A stretch of DNA of 64,000 nucleotides. Origin: Treponemataceae bacterium. Its GTDB lineage: Bacteria; Spirochaetota; Spirochaetia; Treponematales; Rectinemataceae. A program made the position numbers and the translations under genes. The notes beneath the pieces were generated by a model. The model searched no databases and was not told where the DNA came from. It was given only the letters and a program-made list of their open reading frames with translations. Below are positions 48,889-58,504 of this stretch, piece by piece; positions within the stretch are counted from its first letter, which is position 1, and each line of letters starts with the position of its first letter. The stretch lies in the NCBI GenBank assembly GCA_963678065.2, contig CAXXVZ010000002.1, forward strand, positions 160,001 to 224,000. The letters are read 5' to 3'.

Positions 48889-49374
48889 TCAGGAAATCTT
48901 TCCTCCGATTTCCTTTACAAAAACGATCTGCTGCTTGGTGCGCCTGAATCCGAGTCTTTCATAGAAGCGGTGCGCGTCGAGTCGGATGGCGTTGGCGCGA
49001 AGACGGATAGCCGGACAGCCTGCGGCGGCCGCCCAGCGCTCGGCTTCGGCCATCATGAGGGTCCCGATGCCCCCTTTGCGGCAGGACTCGTCCACGACGA
49101 AGCCCGAAATCTCGGCTACTGTCGGAGTGTAGAAGTGGTGGACCACGGCGACGCTCGTCCAGCCGATCACTCGTCCCCTGCCGTCGGACTGCAACGAGTC
49201 GGGCAGCGACGAGTCGCGCGCGACAATGACGGCTTCGTCGTCCCTACCGGCCATTCCGGCGATCGCCTCGGCCACGGCGCCGGGGTCCACAGGGTAGCCG
49301 AGCTGCCCGGCGAGCCTCGCGAGATCGGATGCGTCCTCAGGCGCGGCCCTGTCGATCCGAATTCCCACCTTCAT
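48889..49374 (-). CDS. GNAT N-acetyltransferase
   Basis: QLGYP, VVDESCRKGGIG, AHRFYERLGF. Confidence 0.88.
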   Translation of the reverse strand: MKVGIRIDRAAPEDASDLARLAGQLGYPVDPGAVAEAIAGMAGRDDEAVIVARDSSLPDSLQSDGRGRVIGWTSVAVVHHFYTPTVAEISGFVVDESCRKGGIGTLMMAEAERWAAAAGCPAIRLRANAIRLDAHRFYERLGFRRTKQQIVFVKEIGGKIS

Positions 49375-49700
49375 TTCCTTCCTCCTTGTCCCGAATCGGG
49401 TGCGGTCAGAACCTCGAGTTCCGCCAGGTACCGAAAAGCCTCTTCCTTGCCGGCCCCGCACATCTCCGCCGAAGCCTTGAGACCCGCGCAGAAAGCCGGG
49501 TAGTCTGGCTCCCCATGGATCACGCAGCGGTCAGCTGAGTCGAGGTTGACGCAGCGTACGCCCGCCGGCTTTCCGCCCGGCATGCCCGGTCGGCCGCGCG
49601 CTCCGGGTATGGGCGAGGCGATGGAGACGGCGATGCAGCAGGCCGCGCAGCCAGGCCGGCATTCCACGCTACCCGCGGCTCTCTCAGCTCTGTCGCGCAT
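49371..49700 (-). CDS. YkgJ family cysteine-cluster protein
   Basis: CRPGCAACCIA, GKPAGVRCVNL, CVIH, PAFC, EMCG. Confidence 0.82.
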   Translation of the reverse strand: MRDRAERAAGSVECRPGCAACCIAVSIASPIPGARGRPGMPGGKPAGVRCVNLDSADRCVIHGEPDYPAFCAGLKASAEMCGAGKEEAFRYLAELEVLTAPDSGQGGRK

Positions 49701-50357
49701 CTTTTTCCCCCTTCGCAGCCCTCGCGGCGGGCCCCCTATCCAGGTCGTCCGCGAGAGTGGCCAGGAATCCGGCCAGCCCGGCATTTTCCGGAAAGTGGGA
49801 AGTGAAGCTTTCGGCCCCCAGCTTCAGCTCGACGACGAGTGCGGCGATCCCCGAACGGTGATAGTCCAAAAGTCTGGCGATCCAGGACTTCAGGGATACA
49901 AAATCGTCGGGATGCTCCGCTCTGAGCCAGAAAAGCTCCCTCTCGAATTCACGGAATACCGACTCTCCCCTCTCCGGATCGCCGACCCTCATGTTCTCCA
50001 GAAAAGCGAATCTCGCGTAATCATAGCGCTCTTTTTCCTTGGCGTGGCGGGGTATTTCGGAAAACCCCTCGCGAAGAGGCTTTCGAGGCTCAGATAGAGC
50101 GCGCACCTGTTCAGAACGAGGCGCTCGCGCCGCCCGGCCCCGAAGCGGTAGCGGTCGAAATCCCCGAGGACATGCTCGTATTCCTCGCGGACCCGGATGA
50201 AATCCGCCGCCGCGGCTCTCTGTCCAGTGGCCGTCGGAGAGGGAGTCTGCGCGAGGTCGGGATGCGTTTCCTTGGCGAGCCGCTTGAAGAGGCTCTTGAG
50301 TTCAGCGACTGTCCCGATCTCCCCGGAACGGATCAGGCGGACAAAACGGTTGGGCAC
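49684..50357 (-). pseudogene. J-domain (HPD) protein split by a -1 frameshift
   Basis: 5' frame LKSLFKRLAKETHPD...ARGF continues plausibly in the -1 frame (IPRHAKEKERYDYARF...); junction near 50055-50067. Confidence 0.6.
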
Positions 50358-50367
50358 ACCGGCTTCT

Positions 50368-50772
50368 TTATTGAACGATCTCGAATCCAGCCGCCGAGAG
50401 GCACTCGGCCGCGGCTTTGTACGCGCCATCCTTGACGAGCACGTAGTCCGTATCGTAGGTCGAAACTGCAAAAATGCTGATTCCGGCGACAGCGAGCGGA
50501 GCGGCGATGGAACTCAGTATGCCAGTGAGCCCGAAATCGAGGGGGCCCACGACCTTGAACAGTCTCCAGCCGCCCTCGCGGGCTTGAAATTCCTCAGCGA
50601 GTCCCTCCTCGCAGACAAGGGAGAGCTCCTCTCCGGACCCCGTCAGGCTGAAGAAGCGCCCTTCTGCGGCGCGCGAAAGGAGAGCTCCGAGACGGCCTGA
50701 GCGCGGGCCCCCGACGCTTGTGGGATCGAATCTGAGGACGGCATAGAGGCCGCCCTGTTTCTGTATTTTCAT
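50368..50772 (-). CDS. ACT domain protein
   Basis: EELSLVC, GPLDFGLTGILS, ISIFAVSTYDTDYVLVK. Confidence 0.88.
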   Translation of the reverse strand: MKIQKQGGLYAVLRFDPTSVGGPRSGRLGALLSRAAEGRFFSLTGSGEELSLVCEEGLAEEFQAREGGWRLFKVVGPLDFGLTGILSSIAAPLAVAGISIFAVSTYDTDYVLVKDGAYKAAAECLSAAGFEIVQ

Positions 50773-50797
50773 CGCCGCTCACGCCTCCCGATTGTGT

Positions 50798-51289
50798 TCA
50801 GCCAATGAACAGCAGCATGCACAGGCCAGCCCGGGCCGCCTGCGCGAAAAACCGCTTGAGCTGTTCGAAATTGAAGTCGAGGTAGTTGAGGTCTTCCTCT
50901 TCGGACAATCCCGGATAGACCTCGGCGTTGCCCAGGACGAGATCCTTGAACTCGTCGGTCCTGGCCGAGAGGTCGACATCCGCGATCGCGGCATTCACCG
51001 CCTCCACGCGGCCCCGGTCGAGATACCGCACGGGAAGGTAGGCCATCTCGATATCGTTGAGCGCCGTCCCGCCGAGCACCAGGTCGGACAGGGGCGCCTC
51101 GCCCCCCTCCAGGCTCCCGCAGAGGAGGACATGGATGCCGTGCCAGGCCTTGTCGATTTCGATGCACCGATCTTCATCCGCGATCAGAAGGGAAAGTTCG
51201 TCGTCGATTCCTTCCTCACCCCTCTTCTTCGCCAGCGCGACGAGATCCGCGAGCTCCGTTTCGTCGAGTGTCAGGTAGTATCCGATCAT
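50798..51289 (-). CDS. YfbM/DUF1877 family protein
   Basis: IDKAWHGIHVLLCG, VLGG, VYPG, YL...F..L..FF. RBS GGAGG. Confidence 0.75.
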   Translation of the reverse strand: MIGYYLTLDETELADLVALAKKRGEEGIDDELSLLIADEDRCIEIDKAWHGIHVLLCGSLEGGEAPLSDLVLGGTALNDIEMAYLPVRYLDRGRVEAVNAAIADVDLSARTDEFKDLVLGNAEVYPGLSEEEDLNYLDFNFEQLKRFFAQAARAGLCMLLFIG

Positions 51290-51773
51290 CGCTCCTCCAC
51301 AGGCGAGCATAATATCCCACTGTGGCGGATTTGGCATCACCTTTTTCCGGCTCGCGCCGCGCCATACCTGTCGCCATACCTGTCGCCAAACAAAAAGCCG
51401 AGCAGCGAAAAAGAGAGCATGGGAAAACTCACGAATTTGCCACAAAACCATTTTCATACATTTCAGTATGTATCAGTATTTAGCTCATGTGCCATATATC
51501 GAAATGGTGTTTCTTATTTTGAAATTTTCTCGTCAAAATTCTGTTTCCGCAACTGTATTTTTTCGTATTGATACATTATAGTACTTTTTTTCAAGTTATC
51601 AACCTAATTGTAGCTTTATTGGTAACCATTTTTATTCTCTCGCTCCGAAAAGCACCCCAAGACTGACTCTTGTCGATTCTTTTTCCACTTTTCGACTCAA
51701 CCCCATCCGTGAAAATCGCGTAAAACAATAATAATGCCGAATTCTGCATAAATATTCATTTCCATTGCTCTAT

Positions 51774-51790
51774 CTGGCACGAGACGTGCT
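51774..51790 (+). promoter_or_regulatory. Sigma-54 (-24/-12) promoter upstream of amt
   Basis: CTGGCACGAGACGTGCT has GG-N10-GC spacing and follows a long AT-rich upstream region. Confidence 0.65.
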
Positions 51791-51831
51791 TTGTGCCTTG
51801 CATCCTGAACGGACAAGGGAGAACGGAACGA

Positions 51832-53493
51832 ATGATGCGAGAATTCTCACCCAACCCGAAGATGACGAGAGGGACTGTCTTCCTCCTCGCGGCTGGAGCC
51901 GCTCTGCTTCTCGGAGCGACCGGAGCCTTTGCCCAGACTGCGCCGGCATTGGCGGCGACGCCCGCGGCGGCAGCGATCCCGGCCGTGGACCCCGCGGCGG
52001 CGCTCCAGGCCGTCGCCGACACGGCTAAAGGCGTGACCGAGGCGATCAACATCCTCTGGATGCTGATCGCCGGCTTCCTCGTATTCTTCATGCAGGCGGG
52101 CTTCGCCCTCGTCGAAACGGGATTCACGCGCCACAAGAACGTCGCCCACACGATGATGATGAACATGATGGTGTTCTGCATCGGCGCGATCGGTTACTGG
52201 CTGGTCGGATTCGCCTTCCAGTTCGGCGCCGTCAACGCCGCCTTCCCCGCCGTCGCGAACGCGGGGGCCATCGCGGGCGAATGGGCCCACTCGCCGACTA
52301 CGCTCGGCAGCTGGGGTAGCACGCTCTCGACGCCGCTCCTGCGCTTCGGCCAGGTCGGCCTGCTCGGGGGCTCGGGATTCATGCTCCTCGGGATAGGAGG
52401 AAACACCGGCATCCTGGCCTTTTTCCTCTTCCAGATGGTCTTCATGGATACGGCGGCCACCATCCCGACCGGCTCCATGGCCGAACGACTCAAATTCTCG
52501 GGCTTCTGCCTCATGGGTCTGTGGGTCAGCATGATAATCTACCCGGTCGTCGGAGGATGGATATGGGGCGGCGGCTGGCTGCAGAACATCGGCCGCATCG
52601 CGGGGCTCGGAAACGGAGCTGTCGACTTCGCAGGATCGGGCGTCGTCCACATGATCGGAGGATCGGTCGCCCTCGCAGGAACCCTCGTGCTGGGTCCGCG
52701 CATCGGGCGATTCAATCCGGACGGATCGGCCAACGCTCTGCCCGGCCACAACATCCCTATGGGTGTGCTCGGCACGATCATCCTCTTCTTCGGATGGTTC
52801 GGATTCAACCCCGGCTCCTCCCTGGCCTTTGTCGGTTCGGGTGGCCTCCTCGCGACGAACGCCGCAGTGAACACCCTCGTGGCGGGCTCCATCGGTGGCT
52901 GCGTGGCCATGCTCTACATGTGGCTCTTCGGCCCGACCCGCAAGCCCGATCCCTCGATGTCGGTCAACGGCATACTGGCGGGTCTCGTCGCGATCACTTC
53001 GTCCTGCGCCTTCGTCGATTCGATCGGCGCTGTGGTGATCGGAGGCATCTCCGGCGTGATCGTGTGCCTCGTCAGTTTCCTTCTTGAAAAACTGCAGATC
53101 GACGACCCTGTCGGCGCCGTTCCCGTCCACTTCGCCAACGGACTGTGGGGCGTCATCGCGGTGGGACTTTTCTCCAACGGCAGCCTCGCATCCGAGGGCT
53201 GGAACGGAGTCAAGGGCACAGTCCGCGGCCTATTCTTCGGCAATCCTGGACAGCTCGCTGCCCAGCTTCTCGAAGTCGTGGCCATAATCGTCGTCGTGTT
53301 CGGATCCTCCTACGCGTTCTTCCGGATTCTGAACGCGCTCAAGCTGCTCCGCGCCGAGCCGCACGACGAAATCGCCGGCCTCGACATTCCCGAAATGGGA
53401 GCCCCAGGCTACACTACGGTGGACATGAGGATGCCCGGTGGGCGCGGACGCCTCGTGGCACAGACACCCGTCAAACACAAGGCCGGGGCCTGA
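51832..53493 (+). CDS. amtB: Ammonium transporter
   Basis: FFMQAGFALVETG, GSMAER, DFAGSGVVHMIGG, GWFGFNPGS, IDDPVGAVPVH; both pore histidines present. Confidence 0.95.
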   Translation: MMREFSPNPKMTRGTVFLLAAGAALLLGATGAFAQTAPALAATPAAAAIPAVDPAAALQAVADTAKGVTEAINILWMLIAGFLVFFMQAGFALVETGFTRHKNVAHTMMMNMMVFCIGAIGYWLVGFAFQFGAVNAAFPAVANAGAIAGEWAHSPTTLGSWGSTLSTPLLRFGQVGLLGGSGFMLLGIGGNTGILAFFLFQMVFMDTAATIPTGSMAERLKFSGFCLMGLWVSMIIYPVVGGWIWGGGWLQNIGRIAGLGNGAVDFAGSGVVHMIGGSVALAGTLVLGPRIGRFNPDGSANALPGHNIPMGVLGTIILFFGWFGFNPGSSLAFVGSGGLLATNAAVNTLVAGSIGGCVAMLYMWLFGPTRKPDPSMSVNGILAGLVAITSSCAFVDSIGAVVIGGISGVIVCLVSFLLEKLQIDDPVGAVPVHFANGLWGVIAVGLFSNGSLASEGWNGVKGTVRGLFFGNPGQLAAQLLEVVAIIVVVFGSSYAFFRILNALKLLRAEPHDEIAGLDIPEMGAPGYTTVDMRMPGGRGRLVAQTPVKHKAGA

Positions 53494-53520
53494 ACGGCCC
53501 CGAAGGCAGGAGGGATACAC

Positions 53521-53895
53521 ATGCTGAAAAGAATCGAAGCGATCATACGCGAGGAATCGCTCGACGAGGTGAAGGACGCCCTCAGGGCGATCGGAATCGT
53601 CGGGATGAGCATTGTCGAGATACAGGGGCACGGGCGGGAGGGCGGCGTCACGCTCTCCTGGCGAGGAACAGCCTACAAGATGGACATGATCCCGAAGCTC
53701 ATGCTCACCATCATCCTTTCCGACAGAAATGTCGAGAAGACGATCGAGGCCATAACCAAGGCCGCGCGCACGGGCGAGCAGGGCGACGGCATCATCTTCA
53801 TTTCGCCTGTGGACGACGTCTACAGGATCAGGACGGGAGAGCGCGGGGGAGAGGCCCTCGCCTACCCCGACGACATCGACACGAGAAAGAAATGA
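53521..53895 (+). CDS. glnK: P-II nitrogen regulator
   Basis: IEAIIR, QGHGRE, RGTAY (T-loop Tyr), TGEQGDGIIF, RIRTGERG; follows amt. Confidence 0.9.
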   Translation: MLKRIEAIIREESLDEVKDALRAIGIVGMSIVEIQGHGREGGVTLSWRGTAYKMDMIPKLMLTIILSDRNVEKTIEAITKAARTGEQGDGIIFISPVDDVYRIRTGERGGEALAYPDDIDTRKK

Positions 53896-53940
53896 CCCTA
53901 TGCGCCGGCCTTGAAAAACCGAGGCCGGCGCACACAGCGG

Positions 53941-54285
53941 TCAGACCTCGGACGGCCGTGCGCAGCCGGGATTGCGCCGCGTCCCGCTCCCCTTGTGGGG
54001 CGCCACTGCATCGACGCAGTGCAGAAAATCGATGATGCAGGTGCAGGCCAGCGAATAGAAAATGTTCTGCCCCTCGCGCCTGTCCGTCACGAGGCCGGCA
54101 TCCCGGAGAATCGCCAGATGCTTGGATACAGTGGAAATGTCTGCGCCGATCTCCACCGTCAGGTCGCCCACGCAGGCTTCGCCTTCGGCGAGGCGCAGAA
54201 CGATATAGAGCCGCGAGGAATGCGCGAGCGCCTTGAATACTTCGACCCGCCGCTCATGCATCTCACTCTGTAGTTCAGGCGTCAT
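53941..54285 (-). CDS. arsR: ArsR/SmtB family regulator
   Basis: FKALAHSSRL, ACVGDL, STVSKHLAILRDAGLV, YSLACTCI; divergent from acr3. Confidence 0.85.
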   Translation of the reverse strand: MTPELQSEMHERRVEVFKALAHSSRLYIVLRLAEGEACVGDLTVEIGADISTVSKHLAILRDAGLVTDRREGQNIFYSLACTCIIDFLHCVDAVAPHKGSGTRRNPGCARPSEV

Positions 54286-54287
54286 AC

Positions 54288-54365
54288 TTGGTATTTTTAC
54301 CAATATTTGTCACAAAGTCAACAGAAAGAGCTTGACAGCGGTTTGTTATTTGGTATTATTGCCAA
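54288..54365. promoter_or_regulatory. Paired putative ArsR operators and acr3 promoter
   Basis: TTGGTATTTTTACCAA (54288-54303) and TTGGTATTATTGCCAA (54350-54365); TTGACA-N16-TATTAT on the plus strand. Confidence 0.6.
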
Positions 54366-54408
54366 TAGTTGATGTCGATGACAGCATCGTGGAAAAAAAG
54401 GAGCCGCC

Positions 54409-55452
54409 ATGCCCGGAAAACGAATCGGTTTCTTCGCGAAGTACCTCTCGCTCTGGGTTTTCCTGTGTATCGTCGCAGGCGTCGCGCTGGGCCGCTTCGT
54501 CCCGGCCTTTCCGGCCTTCCTCGGCACCTTCGAATACGCCAAGGTCTCCATCCCGGTCGCCATCCTCATCTGGCTCATGATCTACCCGATGATGCTCAAA
54601 GTGGATTTCCAGAGCATCAGGAATGCCGGACGCAAGCCGAAAGGCCTCATCGTCACCCTCGTCGTGAACTGGCTCATAAAACCCTTCACCATGTACGCCA
54701 TCGCCTGGTTCTTCCTTAAAGTTGTTTTCCGGAACCTCATACCCGACGCGGCCGCCACGGACTACCTCGCCGGCGCCGTTCTTCTCGGCGCGGCGCCCTG
54801 CACGGCCATGGTCTTCGTCTGGTCCTACCTTTCGGATGGCGATCCCGGCTACACGGTCGTCCAGGTCGCGGTCAACGACCTCGTCATACTCCTCGCCTTC
54901 ACACCGATAGTGGCCTTCCTCCTCGGCGTCTCCAACGTCCATGTCCCCTTGGACACTCTCATACTCTCGGTCGTCCTCTTCGTCGTCATACCCCTCGGGC
55001 TCGGCTACATCACCCGCGTGAACCTCGTGAAACGGCGCGGCCTTGCGTGGTTCGAAAACGTGTTCTGCAAAAAATTCGACGGCATCACCGAGGTGGGGCT
55101 CCTCGCCACCCTTGTCATCCTCTTCTCCTTCCAGGGCGACACGATCCTCAACAACCCGGTCACAATCATCCTCATCGCTGTCCCCTTAGTCCTCCAGACT
55201 TACCTGATCTTCGCCATCGGCTACCTCTGGTCCAAGGCCTGGAAGATTCCCTACGCCATCGCAGCTCCCGCGGGCATGATCGGAGCCTCGAACTTCTTCG
55301 AGCTCGCGGTGGCCGTCGCCGTCAGCCTCTTCGGCCTGACATCGGGTGCGGCCCTCGCGACGGTCGTCGGCGTCCTCACGGAAGTGCCCGTGATGCTCAG
55401 CCTCGTCGCCATCGCGAAGAAGACGCGCGGCTGGTTCCCGGAGGCGGCATGA
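54409..55452 (+). CDS. acr3: Arsenite efflux transporter ACR3
   Basis: IWLMIYPMMLKVDF, NWLIKPFTM, APCTAMVFVWS, GASNFFELAVA, EVPVML. Confidence 0.95.
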   Translation: MPGKRIGFFAKYLSLWVFLCIVAGVALGRFVPAFPAFLGTFEYAKVSIPVAILIWLMIYPMMLKVDFQSIRNAGRKPKGLIVTLVVNWLIKPFTMYAIAWFFLKVVFRNLIPDAAATDYLAGAVLLGAAPCTAMVFVWSYLSDGDPGYTVVQVAVNDLVILLAFTPIVAFLLGVSNVHVPLDTLILSVVLFVVIPLGLGYITRVNLVKRRGLAWFENVFCKKFDGITEVGLLATLVILFSFQGDTILNNPVTIILIAVPLVLQTYLIFAIGYLWSKAWKIPYAIAAPAGMIGASNFFELAVAVAVSLFGLTSGAALATVVGVLTEVPVMLSLVAIAKKTRGWFPEAA

Positions 55453-55868
55453 AACGGGTCCTGTTTCTCTGTGTACACAATTCCGCCAGGAGCCAGATGG
55501 CTGAGGCGTATCTGCGGCGTTTCGGCGGGTCGGATTTCGAGGTCGAGAGCGCCGGACTCGAGCCGGGGAAACTCAATCCTTTTGTCGTGCGCGCCCTGGC
55601 GGAAGATGGCATCGACATCGCGGGAAAATCAACCCAAGACGTCCACGATCTCTTCAATGCCAGAAAATCCTACGACTACGTCGTGACCGTCTGTTCGAAG
55701 GAAGCGGCGGAGCGCTGCCCGATATTCCCCGGGCTCTCCATAAAGCTCCACTGGCCCTTCGATGATCCCTCGACTTTTACAGGAAGCGATGGGGAGATCA
55801 TGGCGAAGGTGCGCGCCCTGCGCGATGCGATAAAAGAGAAAGTGAAGGCCTTCGCCGAGGGCATCTGA
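55449..55868 (+). CDS. arsC: Arsenate reductase (LMW-PTP type)
   Basis: VLFLCVHNSARSQMAE, VTVC, CPIFPG, HWPFDDP. Confidence 0.92.
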   Translation: MKRVLFLCVHNSARSQMAEAYLRRFGGSDFEVESAGLEPGKLNPFVVRALAEDGIDIAGKSTQDVHDLFNARKSYDYVVTVCSKEAAERCPIFPGLSIKLHWPFDDPSTFTGSDGEIMAKVRALRDAIKEKVKAFAEGI

Positions 55869-55962
55869 GATAGAGAAACACACGCGCCGGCGATCTCAGT
55901 CCGGTTTTCCGTCTTGCGGGATCTGCTGTACCGACTTACAATTACGGTGAGAGGTGCGATCG

Positions 55963-57162
55963 GTGAACGACTCAAAAACCACTTCAGAACGGATCATCGC
56001 GATCGACGCGCTGCGCGGCTTCAACATGTTCTGGATTCTCGGGGCAGATATCCTGGTCACTTCATTGAAAGGCCTATGGAACAATCCCGCGACCCGATTC
56101 CTCGCGGTGCAGGTCGATCACAGCGATTGGAGCGGCTTCACCTTCTACGATTTCATCTTTCCCCTGTTCATCTTCATAGTCGGCCTCTCCGCCGCCCTGT
56201 CCCTCCCGAAGAGCCTCGAGCGCAGCGGCCGCTCTGCGACAATTCTGCGGATCATCAGAAGGAGTCTCCTCCTGTATGTCCTCGGGTTCATCTATTACGG
56301 TGGCTTCGCCAAACTGTGGCCCGAAGTAAGGCTGCTCGGTGTTCTTCAGAGGATCGCCATATGCTATCTCGTCGCGGGAATCCTCTTCTGCTTCTTCCGT
56401 GCGCGCGGCCTCGCGGCGGTTGCGGCTGTCATCCTGCTCGGGTATTGGGCTGCGCTCGCGCTTGTCCCCTTTCCCGACCTCAGGCCTGCAGGCATCACGG
56501 AGATCTGCAGGGAGACCGGCTTCGCCGATTCGTCAAAACTCAACTTCGCGTCGACGTCCATGCTGCGCGGTGTCTATCTCAAGGGAGTCAATCTGGCGAA
56601 TTACATCGACCAGCGATTCCTGCCGGGCTTCAAATGGGATGGATCATGGGACCCCGAAGGTTTGGCGAGCACCCCCGCGGCGATAGTCACATGTCTCGCG
56701 GGCGTTCTCGCGGGGCTGTTCCTCGTGGACGGAAAACGGACGGGGGCGAAGAAGGCGGTCACCCTCGCGCTCGCGGGGGCGGCGGCCTTTGCCGTCGGCC
56801 TGGTGTGGAATATCCCGCTCCCGATCATCAAAAAGATCTGGACGCCGTCGTACGTCCTCGTGGCCGCAGGATTCAGTCTGATGCTGCTTGCGGGATTCTA
56901 CTATCTCGTGGAACTGCGTGGAATGCGCCGATGGACGATTCCTTTCGTGTGGATAGGCATGAATCCCATCACAGTCTACCTTTTCGATACAATCGTCGAC
57001 TTCCACAAGCTGGCCGACACCATAGCGGGCGGAAGCGTCAGAAACCTTTTCGAAAGCGTAACGCCCGGTCTCGGAGATTTCATCCGCGCGGTCCTTGCGC
57101 TCGCGCTCGCGGTCATGTTCTGCCGCTTCCTGTATGTCAAAAAGATTTTCCTGAAGCTGTGA
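55963..57162 (+). CDS. Membrane acyltransferase, heparan-alpha-glucosaminide N-acetyltransferase-like
   Basis: RIIAIDALRG, H.DWSGFTFYDFIFPLF.FIVG, GVLQRIA, DPEG, IIKKIWTPSYVL, GMNPI. Confidence 0.82.
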   Translation: MNDSKTTSERIIAIDALRGFNMFWILGADILVTSLKGLWNNPATRFLAVQVDHSDWSGFTFYDFIFPLFIFIVGLSAALSLPKSLERSGRSATILRIIRRSLLLYVLGFIYYGGFAKLWPEVRLLGVLQRIAICYLVAGILFCFFRARGLAAVAAVILLGYWAALALVPFPDLRPAGITEICRETGFADSSKLNFASTSMLRGVYLKGVNLANYIDQRFLPGFKWDGSWDPEGLASTPAAIVTCLAGVLAGLFLVDGKRTGAKKAVTLALAGAAAFAVGLVWNIPLPIIKKIWTPSYVLVAAGFSLMLLAGFYYLVELRGMRRWTIPFVWIGMNPITVYLFDTIVDFHKLADTIAGGSVRNLFESVTPGLGDFIRAVLALALAVMFCRFLYVKKIFLKL

Positions 57163-57360
57163 AACCGCTTCCCGTCCGTCCCCCCCCCCGATTCGGGCTA
57201 GGGGAGGTGGAGCACTCGTTGGAAAGCCGGGAAGTCAGGAAACAATCCACAGGCGGTTTCCTGCACTGTCAAATCTCAAGTCCATGCAATACAATTGATG
57301 CATGGACGACCGGACAATCGCCATCCTCATGGTCTTGACAGGCCTTCCGGGAAAACTGGA

Positions 57361-57714
57361 ATGACGGGAAACGGAAAACCCCTCTCGGGAGAACCCCTCG
57401 TGAAAGAGGTTTGTCGCCTGATACGGCTCGCGCGGAGTCATTGGGACGCCCATGAGAACCAAGCTTGCAGGACCGAGCGCGACCGGGCGATCCGGCTGTA
57501 CGAAACACTTTCGAAGGAAGAAAAAGAGAAGATTCCGCAGGTACTCAGGGTGTGGCTGCGCTACCGGAGCGAGAAGTATTTCGGGAAGGACCGCACACCG
57601 CCTTCGGGCGCAGGGGGCGGTTCTGTCAGCCATCCCCGCGATCCCCGCGGTGTTGATTCCGCTGCCGAACCCGCCTCAAGGCCGAACATCCGCGGCAGGC
57701 AGGCTGGTCGCTAA
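57361..57714 (+). CDS. Small hypothetical protein
   Basis: Protein-like core PLSGEPLVKEVCRLIRLARSHWDAHENQACR...IPQVLRVWLRYRSEKYFG. Confidence 0.55.
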   Translation: MTGNGKPLSGEPLVKEVCRLIRLARSHWDAHENQACRTERDRAIRLYETLSKEEKEKIPQVLRVWLRYRSEKYFGKDRTPPSGAGGGSVSHPRDPRGVDSAAEPASRPNIRGRQAGR

Positions 57715-57761
57715 AAAAAAATGACCCAGGGCACGGCGGTATGCGCCGCCACCCCGGGTCA
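57713..57761 (-). terminator. Rho-independent terminator after efp
   Basis: GC-rich stem TGACCC...GGGTCA followed by a 9-T run on the minus strand. Confidence 0.65.
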
Positions 57762-57851
57762 CCGTTCATGGTCTATCGCCCGCCGTTTCATCCGGGAGCG
57801 GCGTAGTTCCAGGTCCCGGACGCCAGCCAGTCTCTCAGACAAGACGGCTCT

Positions 57852-58418
57852 TTACTTCACACGCTCGATGAAGGAACCGTCGCGGGTGTCGATCCTGACT
57901 TTGGTTCCGATGTCGCAGAAAAGAGGCACCGAGACTTCGATGCCGGTATCGAGCGTGGCCGGCTTGAAGGTCTTGCCGGAGGTGTCGCCCTTGACGCCGG
58001 GTTCGCAGTACGTGATCGTGCGCTCGATTGCGGTCGGAAGCATGATGCCGACCGGCTTGCCCTCGTAGAAGGTGATCTCGACGGGAAAATCGTCGTCGGG
58101 GGTGATGTAACCGGCATTGTCGCCCAGATCTTCTTTGGTGAGCTCGTACTGCTCGAAGGTTTCCTGCTCCATGAACACGAAGGTGTCCCCGTCGATGTAG
58201 GAAAGCTTCATTTTGAGAAGATCGAGGATGACTTCCTCGAATTTTTCGCCCGAATCGAGGGCGAGATCGGAGGTCTGGCCGGTCACGATGTTCTTGACGC
58301 GAAGCCTGGTGGTCATGCCTGCGCGGCCGCTTTTCTGGCCGAGCATGCGCTGGACGATCAAGGCGTCGTTGCCGTACTTGAAAACACTGCCGCCGCGAAG
58401 TTGGGAAGTAACTAACAT
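57852..58418 (-). CDS. efp: Elongation factor P, Arg32 type
   Basis: KSGR loop with Arg at residue 32, EPGVKGDTS, KPATLDTG, VPLF, IDTR. Confidence 0.95.
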   Translation of the reverse strand: MLVTSQLRGGSVFKYGNDALIVQRMLGQKSGRAGMTTRLRVKNIVTGQTSDLALDSGEKFEEVILDLLKMKLSYIDGDTFVFMEQETFEQYELTKEDLGDNAGYITPDDDFPVEITFYEGKPVGIMLPTAIERTITYCEPGVKGDTSGKTFKPATLDTGIEVSVPLFCDIGTKVRIDTRDGSFIERVK

Positions 58419-58504
58419 GAATGGTCCTCACCTAGAGTGGAGTATATGCCTGATTCCCGGAATCGCCGCTCCGGGAGCCTGTCCTGAATCTGCAAGGCCC
58501 TATC

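Noticed and set aside
51361..51388. GCCATACCTGTC repeated about 2.3 times
   Set aside because: Short tandem duplication without spacers or cas genes; not a CRISPR array.
57180..57189. Poly-C tract (also near 28660)
   Set aside because: Intergenic and probably part of hairpins; not within a promoter spacer or CDS.
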